Shown here in pieces: positions 29,553 through 43,928 of a DNA stretch of 64,000 nt. Source of the stretch: the human T2T-CHM13v2.0 reference genome, Homo sapiens; NCBI RefSeq assembly GCF_009914755.1, contig NC_060939.1; one strand, 5' to 3'. A program made the translations under genes and the position numbers. The notes beneath the pieces are model-generated. The model saw only the letters and a program-made list of their open reading frames with translations. It did not search any database and was not told where the DNA came from. The stretch's first letter is position 1, and each line of letters begins with the position of its first letter.

Positions 29553-29861
29553 TTTGTTTGTTTGTTTGTTTGTTTTTTGAGATGGAGTCTCACTTTGTCA
29601 CCCAAACTGGAGTGCAGTGGCACAATCTCGGTTGACTGCAACCTCTGCTTTCTGGGTTCAAGCAATTCTCCTGCCTCAGCCTCTGGAGTAGCTGGGACTA
29701 CAGGCACGTGCCATCACACCCAGCTAATTTTTGTAGTTTTAGTAGAGATGAGGTTTTGCCATGTTAGCCAGGCTGGTCTTGAACCCCTGACCTCAAGTGA
29801 TCCACCTCCCTCAGCCTCCCAAAGTTCTGGGATTACAGGCATGAGCCAATGCACCTTGCCC
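29553..29861 (-). mobile_element. Alu (AluS)
   Basis: Full antisense Alu with (TTTG)n tail. Confidence 0.96.
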
Positions 29862-30689
29862 ACATTTTTAAAATTTTTTTAAAGAAATAAAATAACTTCT
29901 CAATCTATCACCCTGACAAGTTCACAGTCCATATAAAGTTAAGTTTAAATATGGGTTTGCCTTTTACCTGTCCTTACGATTACCCTAAAACCTTTTTAAA
30001 TATTAATACGACTTTATAACATTTTAAAGCCCATATAATATTTCAATATTGATATGTTATATGTATGGACTCAATCTACTATTCTTGGACATATAGTTGG
30101 CTTCCAATTTTTCATTATAACACATAAATTCTAGAAGCTAATTTTAGAGATTCAATCCCAATATTTGACAGTTATCCTTAAAGAAAAAAAGAAAAAGCTC
30201 GTGCAAGACCAGGATTCCATGGCTAAGTTCCACTAGGCTTCTCATAAATGTATACCATTACTTACAGGGGGAACAGGCAGAAAAGGGTAGAGAAAACTGT
30301 ATAAAACAGATCCTTTTTATCTTAAAAATCAGCTGAAACTACATGTTCTACTAATAGACTCAAAGTATCATTTTCATCTCTGAATTGGTATACATAACAT
30401 AGTCTAAATATGTTATTAATATATATAGGGTTAGCTTCGTTGCACTTAGGGTCCTGAGTTACAAACAATCCATGGGTTATACAGGAGGCCATTTCCTGAT
30501 TAGATGCCTGCACTAGAGTAGGAGCTGAACAGAGACTTAACTGTAGCATAACATTTTAATACAGCTACAACTAGATTACATTCTCACATTCTGTTTTAGA
30601 CTGTGGAGTGGAAAATACATCCATCACTTAGAATGTGTGTAACCCTTATTTAGGTTATACCAGGTTGAGCCATTTCACTTAGGACTTAG

Positions 30690-31030
<341 letters not shown>

Positions 31031-31084
31031 TTAATCCCTGTCGTTGTCTTCTATTAACAGTCAGACTCATTTGGTAGAAAATGA

Positions 31085-31900
31085 GGAAGACAGGAAAAGC
31101 CTCATGGAGTGGCCTGACTTTGAAGATGCAGATTTCTCTGCAGTTGAGGAAAGAGCATTCTGGCCAAGGGAAGAGTGAAGAGGCAGGAAAGTTGAGGGAA
31201 GGGTAACCATGTTGTTTTGCTAAGTAAAATATACATAAAGGAGAAGAAGAAAGGAAGTTTTAAAAGACAAGTTTGGGAAAAAATCATGGAGGACTTTGAA
31301 TGGCAGCATAAAGGGCATGAGTAGTAAGAAGCTATGTTAAACAATAGCCAATCAAAACCAGATTGGGGCCAGGAAGGATGGTTCGTGCTTGCAATCTCAG
31401 CACTTTGGGAGGCCAAGGTGGGAGGATGGATTGATCCCAGGAACTGGAGACCAGCCTGGGCAACATGGTGAGACCCCATATCCACAAAAAATAAAAAATA
31501 GTTAGCTGGGCCTGGTGGTGCATGCCTGTGGTACTAGCTACTCTGGAGGCTGAGGTGGGAGATCACTAGAGCCCAGGAGTTCAAGGCTGCAGTGAGCTAT
31601 GATTGTGCCACTGCACTCCAGCCTGGGTAACTGAGGGAGACACTGTCTCTTGAAAATAAACAAACAAAAAAACTAAAAACCGTATTTGTACTTCTTGAAG
31701 ATTTAGCAGGGTAAAATGGATGGAAGAAAGAGGAGACTAGCAGAGACAAATTAACATGAAGCCACTAGAACGATTTAAAGGTGAGTCTGAATGAAGAGGC
31801 AGCAATAAGTCTGGGAAGGAGGTCATGGGTCTAAGACATGTCCTCTAAGACAGAGGACAAGAAAAACACTGAGTGAAGGGGATAAGGAAAGTTGTTCCCA
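31085..31900 (-). mobile_element. L2 fragment interrupted by an Alu
   Basis: ggaaagagcattctggccaaggga...atcatggaggactttgaatggcagcataa; resumes after 31680. Confidence 0.6.
31367..31675 (+). mobile_element. Alu (AluJ)
   Basis: J-type Alu (ggagttcaaggctgcagtgagctatgat). Confidence 0.95.
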
Positions 31901-32419
31901 GGAGCATCCCCTTCCCGGGCCCTAAATCCTAACAAACACCACAAGTCTGATTATAAGTCTTTCTACCTTGCCCCCAAGGCTGTCTTTGAAAATAGTAAAA
32001 ATGTGTAGGCCTCAGCTATAAAACTGTCAGAGGCAATTGTTTGAATTTGGACATCAACGTTATGATCAAAATGAAAATGTGTCACTGACTTTGTTGATGC
32101 ATTTTTAAAAGATGAACAGGCTTCTTTTGTTGACCTGATGCTCCCCAGTTTCTGAATGTCTGGTCACCTCAATGGCCCTGAGCAGCCCCGTTTCTGAACA
32201 TCTGGCTATGCCCCCATGATTAGCCTGCCTGGCCCCAGCTTGCCCTAGAAAAGGGAAAGCTCAGTAGAAAAGGCATTCTGGGTGGTTTCCATCTTCTTGG
32301 AGAAGCAGAAGCAAAATTATTAACAGAGAATGAGACTGGCTGTAGCAATGTGTAGGTTTCAGTAGAGTTGAGAAAAGCTGTATCAGAGATTAGGGTAGGA
32401 CTTTCATTTAAAATTAAAA

Positions 32420-33000
32420 TTGCTGGATAATGTGGCAGTAACTAGTAAAACATAAAATATGTATACTTATGACCCAGCAGTTTCACTTTAAGTGCCCATA
32501 CTAGAGAAGTACTCATGGCATATGAGTATTGTATTATGCATATGAGCATATGAGAAATACTAGAGTACATAGGAAGTATGTACCGGGATATTTACTAAAG
32601 TGCTATTTGTAATAGCGAAAAGGTAGAAGGAATCTACACACACATCATAGGAGAAAAACTCAGAGAGCATGGTCTACCTGCATCACGGGAAATTCTCTAA
32701 GCAGTTAGAAAGAATGGGGTATACCTGTTTCTCCTAACCAGGTAAGATCTCCAAGACATGGATAAGTGAAAATAACAAATGCGCAATGATACATACGATA
32801 TAGCACATTATGGTGACTCATTTGGACAGAAAAGGAACTGGCAAGATGCACATCCTTGGTAACATAGATCACATCAAGGGAGGCAGAGAAGTCATAGCAA
32901 AGAGCACTTTAGCCTTATCCTCTAATACCTTAATATTTACAAGTAGAATAAGTATATGGTAATTGTTTGGTGTTCCAAAATTTATTTGAAAATTTTAAAC
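32420..33000 (+). mobile_element. L1ME-type 3' end
   Basis: tatgacccagcagtttcactt...tatttgtaatagcgaaaa...gatctccaagacatggataagtgaaaataacaa. Confidence 0.7.
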
Positions 33001-33451
33001 TCCTTAGTTCTAAGGAGTCCCTTTTCGCATTAAATATCAGATCTTACACCAAAGACATCTTTCTTTCAAAATGATCATTTAAAAGTCAGTGAGGCACTGG
33101 TGTAATGCAAGACTTAATGGTTGAATAACAATAGAAAGAATGATAAATACATAGAGAGATAGAGAGACAGAGAGACAGAGAGATAGACAAATCAGCCAAG
33201 CTACTTGCATAGCCAGTTTCCCCAAGAGCTGCCAATTTTATGCAAGATTATTAAGGCGACTCTGTTCAATAAAATGATGGGGCCCCCACAAGTTAGGTAG
33301 TGTAGCAAAATAAACATCAATGGCATGCCACCAAACTGCCAACACAGGCAAATACTTGCATATGTCATATTTAAAAGGCAGAGTGAAACATCAGGAGGCT
33401 GAGATGAGGTCCAGGAATGGAGCCGATTTAAAATCAGAACTGAAGAATGTA

Positions 33452-33772
<321 letters not shown>

Positions 33773-34479
33773 TCACTGGAATATTTTTCTAGGTTCAAAA
33801 ATCAGTGGTAGCAAATTATTTTCTAAATTAGAAAGTATATCTGCAATACTTTCATATCAGTTCCCATTTAGAGGACAAGGTAGAGCTAATGCAGTTTTAA
33901 TACAGTTTAGCAGTTAATGATTATTGGCAAAATCATCTTTTGCTCCCTTAGGACTTTTTCACTTAAAAACTTGATGGTGTTTGGGGTAAAATGTCGTAAG
34001 AGACATTCTAGCACATGACAGAAAAGAAAATATTAACTCACTATGTAGCCAAGAGATGGATTAATCTTCCAAGCAATTCAAAAAGAGAATTGGAACATGA
34101 ACTCTAAAAAACAGTTCAAGTATCCTGAAAACTGCTAAAATAGCTCTGTTTGGTGAATCTCAGGTATTTTGGTCGCATTGCTTCAACTCCTTAATTCAGA
34201 AGTTAAGTTTTAATGTGAGTCATTTCAGTTTTCATGTATTTAAAAGTCATAACCACTGAAACAGTTTTTACAAAAATACTTCTTTGAGCCTAATGTTGAA
34301 CACAGTCTGCACTGCTGAGCATGTGAGAGTCACTCTGGGAAAAGGGTGTTTAATGAATAACTTTACAGTAAAAGGCCTTGAAAACTTACTCTAAACATTA
34401 GACCCGTGCTTTCTTTCTGAAATACATTAACAGCCTCCAGAAGCCTCATAGATGCTGGCAAGCCCTTTTAGGCAGACTT

Positions 34480-34720
34480 TTGAAGTCCCTGACATTTGTG
34501 TGCAGGGAAAGGTGCCTGCCCGCTCTCCACCCCGCCCCCAGCCCCTCCCCCACCCAGGCAGTGTTTGGAGATGCTGTTGACTTAAGAGTTTTGCTGGAAA
34601 GAAAGATTGATAAAGCAAAGCAATCGGAGTTATTTTCTATGCATGAAATTGATTAAATGCTTCACTAAATGGCTTATAAATTTGCTTCTCATATTTCTGT
34701 CACCCACTGAAAAGATTACA
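34480..34720. promoter_or_regulatory. Candidate regulatory element with SP/KLF GC boxes and a minus-strand G4 motif
   Basis: ccccgcccccagcccctcccccaccc at 34530-34555 in unique, otherwise AT-rich DNA. Confidence 0.35.
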
Positions 34721-37036
34721 GAAACTCCGCATATAGCTATGTTGTATACAATACCAAATTACAAAAGGTTGTAAAAACTAATGTTTTGTTTAAAGTTTTG
34801 AGCAGGACCATATGCCTTCAGTGACCTTGAGTAAGCTATTTTAATTCAAAACATTTCAAAGAATATAAAGGGGAGAAATATTCAACTACATAACAAACCA
34901 GACCAGTGGTGGGTAGATCTCCGTTAACTGTGTTGAACTTCTGCTCTTTTCTACGAGGGTGTAGAGTGAATCCCATCATACAAACGCCTTATGTCTGGAA
35001 AGCTTGGAAGCACATGTGGTGTCAATGGGGATATATTTACAAAGGAGATGAAAAAAGGGCTTTAGGACCTCCCAAAGTTGAACCTGCTCTATTATTTTTA
35101 GTTGAGAGACACATCCTAATGAGTTCTGAGTCTAGCAGAGACTTGTAAAACTATGTAGAAAAGGTGACAAATATTAACAAGGGTGGTGGGGTTGTTTTAT
35201 TTTGGAGGAATTTTTGTTTGCTTGTTTTTAATCTTTACACGTCTTTCAAATGTCAGCTAAGTTCTATTCTTTCTACCATGTGACAATTTCTTCTAACTAT
35301 TGTGTAACAGTTGGAAGGGATGTTAGCATAGAGACGATTTATAAGCAAGCAGGTGACCTGCAGATGCTATGGGGAAACTAGCCCTTTTCTTAACATGGCC
35401 TTAAAAGTACCTGCCCTGCTACAGGAAAAATGATATTCTTTTACAACATTTATAAGACATCATGTCCTCAGCAAGAATTAACATTTGGCATTAACGAACG
35501 CACAGTTCTGGCCATAACTTCAAGAAAAGAAATTTTACAACCAGTAATGTGCTTAAATCCTTCCTGACCTGCCCTCTGTAATACATATCCCCAACCTTTC
35601 ACCTTCAGAAATAGCCAGTACGGGGACAAAGATGGCTACCACAGCTATGGCCATCTGGAGCCCCGTGAGCTAGAAAAGACGGGGGAAGTACTGTCAATGG
35701 AGGGGGCAGAAGTACTTTCTAACATCAGACCCAGCCCAATGCCCGTCTGCTTATGCAGCCAGTTTCTGGGTATAGGCAAGTATTGCACTGGAATTATCCC
35801 TCATATATGAAAACACAATGTAATCTCACTTAGCAAAACCCAGGTTTCTTTCTTTTTTTATGAGTACCTGTTCTGGGAGATATGCCAAAAATTCAGGGAT
35901 AATTTAACCAAACCATCAACAACTGGACAACTTATTTAACTCTTTGGTGAGTGTTACATGAACCTTTTTGCTGGCGTCAAGCCACCACATAATGAATCCT
36001 GACGCCAGACACAGAGGGTTTGATACATTAGAATAAAGGAAGAGGTTCCTTACTATACAATATATAAAAGAACTAGCTTCTACCAACAGGTTGTTGCCAT
36101 CTTAGAAAATAGGAATCTGTGTCTCCTGAAAGTCTATTCCTTGAACACCAATGCTACAAGCTTATCCTTTATAAAACGGTTTGGGTAATCAGATCTATTG
36201 AAGATCAAATGTCCTGGGGATTCACAGTGCATAGTAATGTGCTGGAGGCTTTGGGGGCCCTGCTGCAAACAATCATATTTAACTCAGGTTAATCTACTGT
36301 TTCTCACTTGACCCCGGACATTTTTTTAAATCAATGTTTTGAGACATGAAATTACTATTTCAAACGTCTTCTGGAGAACACTGATTTAAATCTACTGCAT
36401 GGCTGACAAACGAGTCCACCTCTTTTGAAAGCTGAGCAAGCCCCTTTAGGAGGACCCTTGGCTGAATAAAGGAAGTCTCAACCCAACTGCAAGAAGGTCT
36501 TCGCCATTCCTCTTCTGAGGATATGCTGACCTTGGGCCGTGCATATTCTCTTCTTCTAATTAAGACACGTTGCATGTTCTGTGGCTACCAAAGACGAAAA
36601 CAGTAGACCTCACCAATTGCCCATGGGTTTCACAAGTGGCACTGGTTACCTACATAAATATTTGTCATACATCAAATAAATGCTTCACGTACATTGATTT
36701 TTCTTATGGACTCCTTTTCTTTTAAGATTATGTACAAATCCACTCTCTCTTTCCACTTCAAATAATAGACAAAAGCTATGTTTATTCTTCCTATTCTATA
36801 ACCAAAGTCACTCATACATCAAGATCATTCAAGAAAGCCTAGCAGTATGCAAGTGAATGAGAGTGGCATGACTGTGAAGATAATCTTGGATCTACTCTAA
36901 TTTAATTTTTTTAAGTAAATCATTTGCAAACTCCAGCACTCTAACTAGTACAAGTAACAAATTACCCATGAGGAGCCTCAGAGGCTACAGGTGACAGAGC
37001 TGTGTTGCAACACCTTGGCAAGGATCTTTGTACTAC

Positions 37037-37410
37037 AGCCTTGGTTCTCAAACTGTACAGTGCATCAGAATCACCTGAGGGCTGTGTTAAAACACAGATC
37101 TCTAGGCCCCACCCCTAGTGAGTTTCAGTTTCAGTGGGTTTAGGGAGGGGCCCAAGAATGTGCATTTGCAACAGGCTCCCAGGTGATAGGGATGCAGCTG
37201 CTCTGGCTGGGGGACAGCACTTTGGGAATTACAACTGTACAGCAGTTCCCTAATGCTCCCGATCAGGATTACCTGGAAACTTTGTTAAAAACACTAAGTC
37301 TCACCCTTAGCCCCAGACTCCTGAGATGGACTCTCTAAGAAGGAAAGTCAGGAATCTGTATTTTTAATAAACTCCCCAGGGGATTCAAATCATCCAGCTC
37401 TGGACTACTT
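37037..37410. mobile_element. Two adjacent MER5-family (hAT-Charlie) elements
   Basis: ggttctcaaact...gcatcagaatcacctg...ggccccacccc...gggcccaagaatgtgcattt; second copy from about 37240. Confidence 0.8.
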
Positions 37411-37539
37411 CAGCCTGAGAAGAGGGGCTTGCCTTTTAGATCTGGGCCTGACGTCTTGAACCTTTGCCGGCCTCTGGGCACACGGACTCTCCCTGCTAGA
37501 GGCCCCTTCAAAGTGCAAGCAGGCTGAAGACACGTGAAT

Positions 37540-37905
37540 GCCTCCTCCAATAACTTGTCCAGTAATTGGTATATTGATTGCTAATGTCATCATGTTTTAG
37601 TATATATAAACCCCTCACTCTATTACACAGCCCCCAACAATCCAAAAAGTCATTGTTTATTCATTGTGACTCCCAAACTGGCCCTTGTCAGCTCCTGCTG
37701 GAGAGCTTGCTGATAAAAATCAGCAGATGATTGGACGCACACATTCTTAACATGACTGACCCATGACATCTCAGAGGGCAGCTCGAGAGCCTGTCATTAC
37801 AGTACAATACATTTCTTTCTTCTTTCTTATCTAGCCCAGATGACTTCGAGATTTTTATTAACTCATTAATGACTGAAGATGTCATTAGAACCAGTGGGAA
37901 GGGTT
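37540..37905. promoter_or_regulatory. Candidate developmental enhancer or conserved non-coding element
   Basis: Non-repetitive; clustered SOX (CATTGT x2), FOX (TGTTTAT), TALE (CTGTCA, TGATTGG), E-box and homeobox motifs; conservation not verified. Confidence 0.45.
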
Positions 37906-39774
37906 ATTTTTCTGTCTCTCTCTCTCTCTCTTTTTTTTTTTTAAGTGGGAATAAGTGTGCAATTTGCTGGGAAAGGGGGAGGGGCTCATTGATGAAACAG
38001 CTAAGACAAACCTAAGTGGAGAGACCCTTGGACTTTATTAGAATCTGAAATTTGATTGACGGGTCCTGGACCTGAAAATCTGCAGACAGAAATACAAAGT
38101 TGCTTCAGAAACATGTTGGGAAGAATGGGACAATTTGATCAAGGAAATAGCGACCCATAAAATTCAGTAATTTTTATTGTGTTGTGGACTCAATCTTTCC
38201 AACATAACAGCTAAACAAACAAACAAAAACGTCAGAGTAAAGCTACTGAAACCTCTAAATGTTTCTTAACCTACACGTTCATTAAATCATATCTTGTTTC
38301 TGCGTGCCTTTAATTTTCACATCTGCAAAATTGCTTTTAGAAATCAAATTAGATCTTTTGAAGGCACTTAAATTGCAACAACCTTATGTTTTTTTATATA
38401 CTCTTGGGTTTCAGCCTTTTCATCTGGGTTGTGTGTCCAATTAATGGGATATCTCAAGGAAGCACTAATCATTTTGAAAACTTAAGAATATAAAAAGCAA
38501 GCAGACTATTTTCATTATAACTGATTGGATTGAGAATAAGCTACAGAGGAAATGTTCAATAATTATGATAACTTTTTTGGAGGAGATCACAAAAGAATGT
38601 CAGTCACAGAAGGTGCTTTTCATTGTGACAAAGGCTTTCAAGTCCAGTTTCAGTAGATTCCTCTTCGGGGTTCAGCCTCAGGCATGTCAGAAGGCTGCTC
38701 TGAGAGTGGGTTTTACACTGATTTTTATCAGCCCCAGATAATTCACTTGGCAAAGAAAACATCTATTACTAGATGTATCTCATATGTTACTGAATGTTTA
38801 CTAAATTTTACTACTGTCAAAACACATTGTAAATGAACAGACCCTCAGAAGAACGAGGGAAATCTATTCCTCAGAAGAGAAAATGGTTGTCTGAGGACCT
38901 ACAAAGATTTTTGCCCAAGGAAATTAATGCCAGTAAACTATGACCAAGATTTAAATATGCTTTCAGCCAAGTTTTATGCTTAAATCACCTAATTACATCT
39001 TTCTTTCTTTATTTGCCTGGTGGAGAATTATATTCATTACATGTTATGGTAAACAGAATAATTAGTTAATATTTACGGATTAATTAAATACAATCATTTT
39101 ATCTAATTCAGTAATAACGGTGCTGAATTTTATTTTTCACATTTCTGAACATGATGCCAAACACCCAGATGAAACCTAGGAGGAGAAAAGAGTCAAAAAT
39201 CCAGATGTTATTAAAGATCCAGATGTATGGTATCAAGTAAACAGAACATCAAGGATTTTTACTTTTCTTTTTTCCATTTTCATCCAGATGTTTGGTGTCG
39301 TATAGACAAAGTCTTAATCTGTTCAGTCACAATCACAGCGTTATTTAATATCATTTGCCAATATTTCACTCCCTTCTTCACAAAATGATCTCTAAAAATC
39401 CTATGTAATGCATTCACGAGGAAAACAAGGATATTTTCTTCAGAAACAAAAATATAATGCCCAGTGGATTCATAAGACCAGATTACCATCCAGGATGGTG
39501 CCCAAGTCTCTATGTTGAAAAACATTTCATATCTGCATTTTTAAATGATGAAAGTTAATTCACCTTAAATGGTTGGAATGGAAACTTAATTTTAATTGAC
39601 ATGCACATGCGAATTTCAGTCCTAGTAGGTAGCTTTGGAGAATAACAGGCTCTCAAGTGTAAATGATGGTCATCTTTTCAATGGGATCCTTTCCCAATTC
39701 ATTCACTTATCATTAAATCCTAAAAGAGATTACCCGCCATTTTAAGAATAATTTCTGCTTTGCAACTTTGGGTA

Positions 39775-39890
39775 CCTTAAAGCACTGACCCAGGGACTTA
39801 AGAACTTGATGCTGAGCCCCAGCATCTCATTTTTCTGTGTGACCTTGAGCCAGTCACTTAACGTCTGAGCCCCAATTTTCTCTTCCTTAA
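39775..39890 (+). mobile_element. MIR fragment
   Basis: ctgtgtgaccttgagccagtcacttaacgtctgagccccaattttctc. Confidence 0.8.
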
Positions 39891-41079
39891 AAAAAAAAAA
39901 AATTAAATAATAGACCTGATTCTAGTGAACCCAAGGATCTAAAAACAAGAACCTGGGGAGGGCAAAATCCTTTATGAATATAAAATTATCAGTAATACAC
40001 GGACTATTTTGAGTTTTACATATCATTATTACATGAATAGTATTACTGTGTAAAAGTGTCATTACTATTAAAATGAAATCCAAGAGGGCACAGTAGAGAC
40101 AGTCATGCTAACAAGACCTGGTCAGCTATTTACCATTTACAAATTAAATACAGGAATGACTATAATCCCTGGATGTGCAAAGCAATACCAGATTCTACTT
40201 CCTTGTGCTGCCGTGTTTCACCACGCTAAATCCGAGAAATAGTTTGAGTGCTACCCTTTTCATGGTACTAAACGGACTAATCATAAGGCATACTGTATCT
40301 CTGATTACAATAGGACACTTCTGCCAATCTAGGACCCTATGCTTGGCTGACTGGTGGACTTAATTTTGACAGACAAATGCACCCTCCTCCCTCCTGGCCA
40401 ATGGCAAAGACTCAAGCCTTTGCATAGAGCAAATTGTTGCTGCTGAATATTCAAACAGATCTCATGGTTTCCATCATGGGAGATTGCTTCCACTTTTTTT
40501 TTCTGTTAGTAAAATGTACATCCTAGGAAGTTATCATCAAAGAACAAGCTTTTTGCTAACATTCCTCTGCACAGTATAAGAGGGTTTCTAAGTGAGAAAT
40601 CAACTCAAGCACTTGTAAAATGCTAAGCACTAAAAATCTCTGAAACACTTTAGTCTTACACTTTTCTGTAATGGTGCCGAGATTTTGGGAAGAGACATAG
40701 AAACTTTTGAGCTGTGCGTTTAAGATATTAAAAGATTCTGGAAGTACAACAAAGGGAATAAAATAAATGAAAGGAAGATCACTTCATTAATTTTAACTTT
40801 AAAAAAAATCTGCAGTGTCAAGATGCTACAGTCAAAAAACAAAAACAAAAACTCACACATCAAGAAATTTCTTTCAAAGTTTAGCCCAACTGTTTGCTCA
40901 ATTATATGACTATAGAGAAAACGGGATGAATAATCAAGTTTTAGTTCTTCAACTTTGAAGGCACAAATCGCTCATTAGCATGTTGCTCTGTTTGATGCAA
41001 CTTATTTTGAAGAGCCAGAAATCAATACAAAAGGAAACAATAATAATAAAAGGAAAGATTTCTACTGTCATAATAGGGA

Positions 41080-41620
41080 AAGGTGTGTGAGCTGGAAGAA
41101 AGTACAGTACAGAAGCCCATGACAAGTCATGATAAATGGGTCGTTATAAAATTCACGTTTAGGCAGCACCAGGCCGCGGATAATGCCATTCGTCATGGCA
41201 ACACGAGGCCGCTAATGAGCCCTCATTGCATATTCATGTTTGTGGCGTTTCTTCCCTCCCACCCTGAACTAGTGCCTGCAGATATCTCCACCTCAAGCTG
41301 ACGCTCAGCTTAGGTCTTCTTCTTCTTCTTCTCTCTCTCTCTCTCTTTTTTTTTTTTATTTGTTATGTTGCAGCAATTACACTGTAAAAGTGCTGCCCAA
41401 GATTGATTGCTCTGATCTGTAGTTCAATTGTAAATTAGAATACACATCCCCCCAGGGACACACGGCCCCTATTTGTGATTAAGAAAAAAGCCCCATAATA
41501 GACTAATAGCTAAAGTTCTCTCTCTTTTACTTTCAGGCAATTAGCTTGATGAAATGGCCTCTTTTTGTGTACCCTGGAAGTGTAAACCGATATCATAATG
41601 AAGTATATGATGTTTATTCT
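41080..41620. promoter_or_regulatory. Candidate developmental enhancer or conserved non-coding element
   Basis: Local CpG retention; PBX-HOX-like TGATAAATGG, RFX half-site CATGGCAAC, POU-like TTGCATATTCAT, EBF-like CCCCCAGGGA; conservation not verified. Confidence 0.5.
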
Positions 41621-43169
41621 ATTATTTTCACCTTGCTGGATATGCAGGAATGCATAAGTAATGGCTGCTTTGTCTAGTACGTTTACTGATTCACAAGTAA
41701 ACTATTTCTTAAAGATGCAGTGTACGCTTTCTGAGGCTTGAGTTAAGCAACTCCTAACTGTGGATTAACCTTCACGCAAATGTCTACTGCAGGGGAGGAA
41801 AACGAATCCCCTAGGTTGGGGGAGAGCATGATGCTGATATTCAAGAGGCCTCCAGCCACTGGGGCAGCTCTGGGATGGATGTAGTGACAAAGTGCAAGTG
41901 CCAGCACTCAGGATCACTGAAGACACCAGGGTACTTTGGAAAAGTGTCCTATAGTGATTTTAGGCCCAAAGAGACTCCACCTGACTACAGTGTACCCTTC
42001 ATCTCCCCCAGTGACTTGTGGAAGACCAACTCGCTCTCGGCTGTAGGGTGGCTGAAGCTCTTCCTACACAATGGTTATACAGTCTTTTTTTTAATTATTA
42101 TTGGATTGCACCCTTGCGCCCACCCCCCGGGAAAAAATAAGTCTTGCCAAAACGTTGGCAAGAAAATATTCTTCAGCTTCCTACATGCACCAGCTGACAC
42201 AGAGCCAATGAATCCACTTGCAGTTGGTGCATTATCAAAGCTATTTGTGTTCTTCCTATGCAATATTTCAATATATGTTTTGTTTTCATCCATGAGGATC
42301 TCAAAATTAGAGAAAAAAAAAGGGTGTCCTACATGAGAAGATAGAAAAAAAATAGAAAAGAAGAAATAGAAGAAAAAAAAAAGAAAAACAAAAATCTATC
42401 TTGCTCTAAAGCGTTTTATGGTGGGTAACTTACCAAGATGTTAATTACTGCTTCAATTCTACATTCCAATTGCCCCCGTTCATCCATAACCCAGTTTGTT
42501 TCACCTCTCAAACCCTTCCTAGGTTTGTGTTGTCTAAACAAATCCATCCTTCTCTTCTTTAATATGGATCCAATTTGAGTTTCTAGAAAATATAAGGAAA
42601 TCACTTTTACGGCAAAGGATCTCAATAATTTTTAATGCTGAGTTTGATGTGCACTTTTAGATGTCTTACATTTTGAAATTAATATGTGAGATAGTTGTTT
42701 GTCACATATAAAATGTGCTTGCCTTTCCTCCAGTTACGTAGCTCCTTCTTGATTAAATAAAACATTTTGGGGAAAGTTTGTTACTATTTTCTGGAAAGTA
42801 ATTCTATTGTCACATAATTTCCAAAAATACTGCAAAGTGAGTTACCAAGAAATATTTCATGAAAATTTGCTTTATGCCTTCTTTTCTAAAAATCAAAAGT
42901 TTTTATCAATCTTTATTTGGGGGGTTGACTTTCTCTTTAATTTGTACAACATTGAACTGCCTTCTAAACTATAAGCCTGCAACACAATAAGTGTAAATTT
43001 TCACTGCTCTCAGAAACTTTTGAATGTCTAGCCATATTGCCATATTTGAAATATGCTATTTTCAATTTTCAAATGATATTGAGCTTGGGTAGGGCCTCTC
43101 CATTCACTTACATAACCTGTCATATTTTTAAGTACACTTTTTCTAGAATAAAAATGCCTCCTATTTACA

Positions 43170-43400
43170 AGGTGCTTTATAATGTTTAAAGTTTTTTCAG
43201 ATAGATTGCCTTATATAAATAATTCTATGAGATAAATGAGCCAAATAACCTTATTATTACCACAAAGTTAGTGGGGGAGAAATTATGACTCAGAGAGGTT
43301 ATGCAACTTGCCCAGAGTCACAGGTTAGTAAGTGCCAAGTTGATCCTTGTCCCCAGGTCTTTAACTCCAAAACGTGAGCTCTTTCTGGTACGCAATGCTG
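43170..43400 (-). mobile_element. MIR
   Basis: gactcagagaggttatgcaacttgcccagagtcacaggttagtaagtgcc...ccaggtctttaactccaaa. Confidence 0.8.
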
Positions 43401-43594
43401 CCTCTTCACTAGGTATACATTCCAGAAGCAGCAGCTCACCAAAATCTCACAGCTCTTAACATAAACAAGATCTGTGATCTTTATTTATACATGGGCAAGA
43501 TTAACAAATGAGTTTAAAGACACATATGTGCGCACACACACAAGCCCTTCTTGATAAAAACACCCAGGAAAAAAGGTAATGAAATTCACACTGC

Positions 43595-43928
<334 letters not shown>

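Noticed and set aside
41875-42336. 153-aa ORF
   Set aside because: No recognisable domain, low-complexity composition and no splice support
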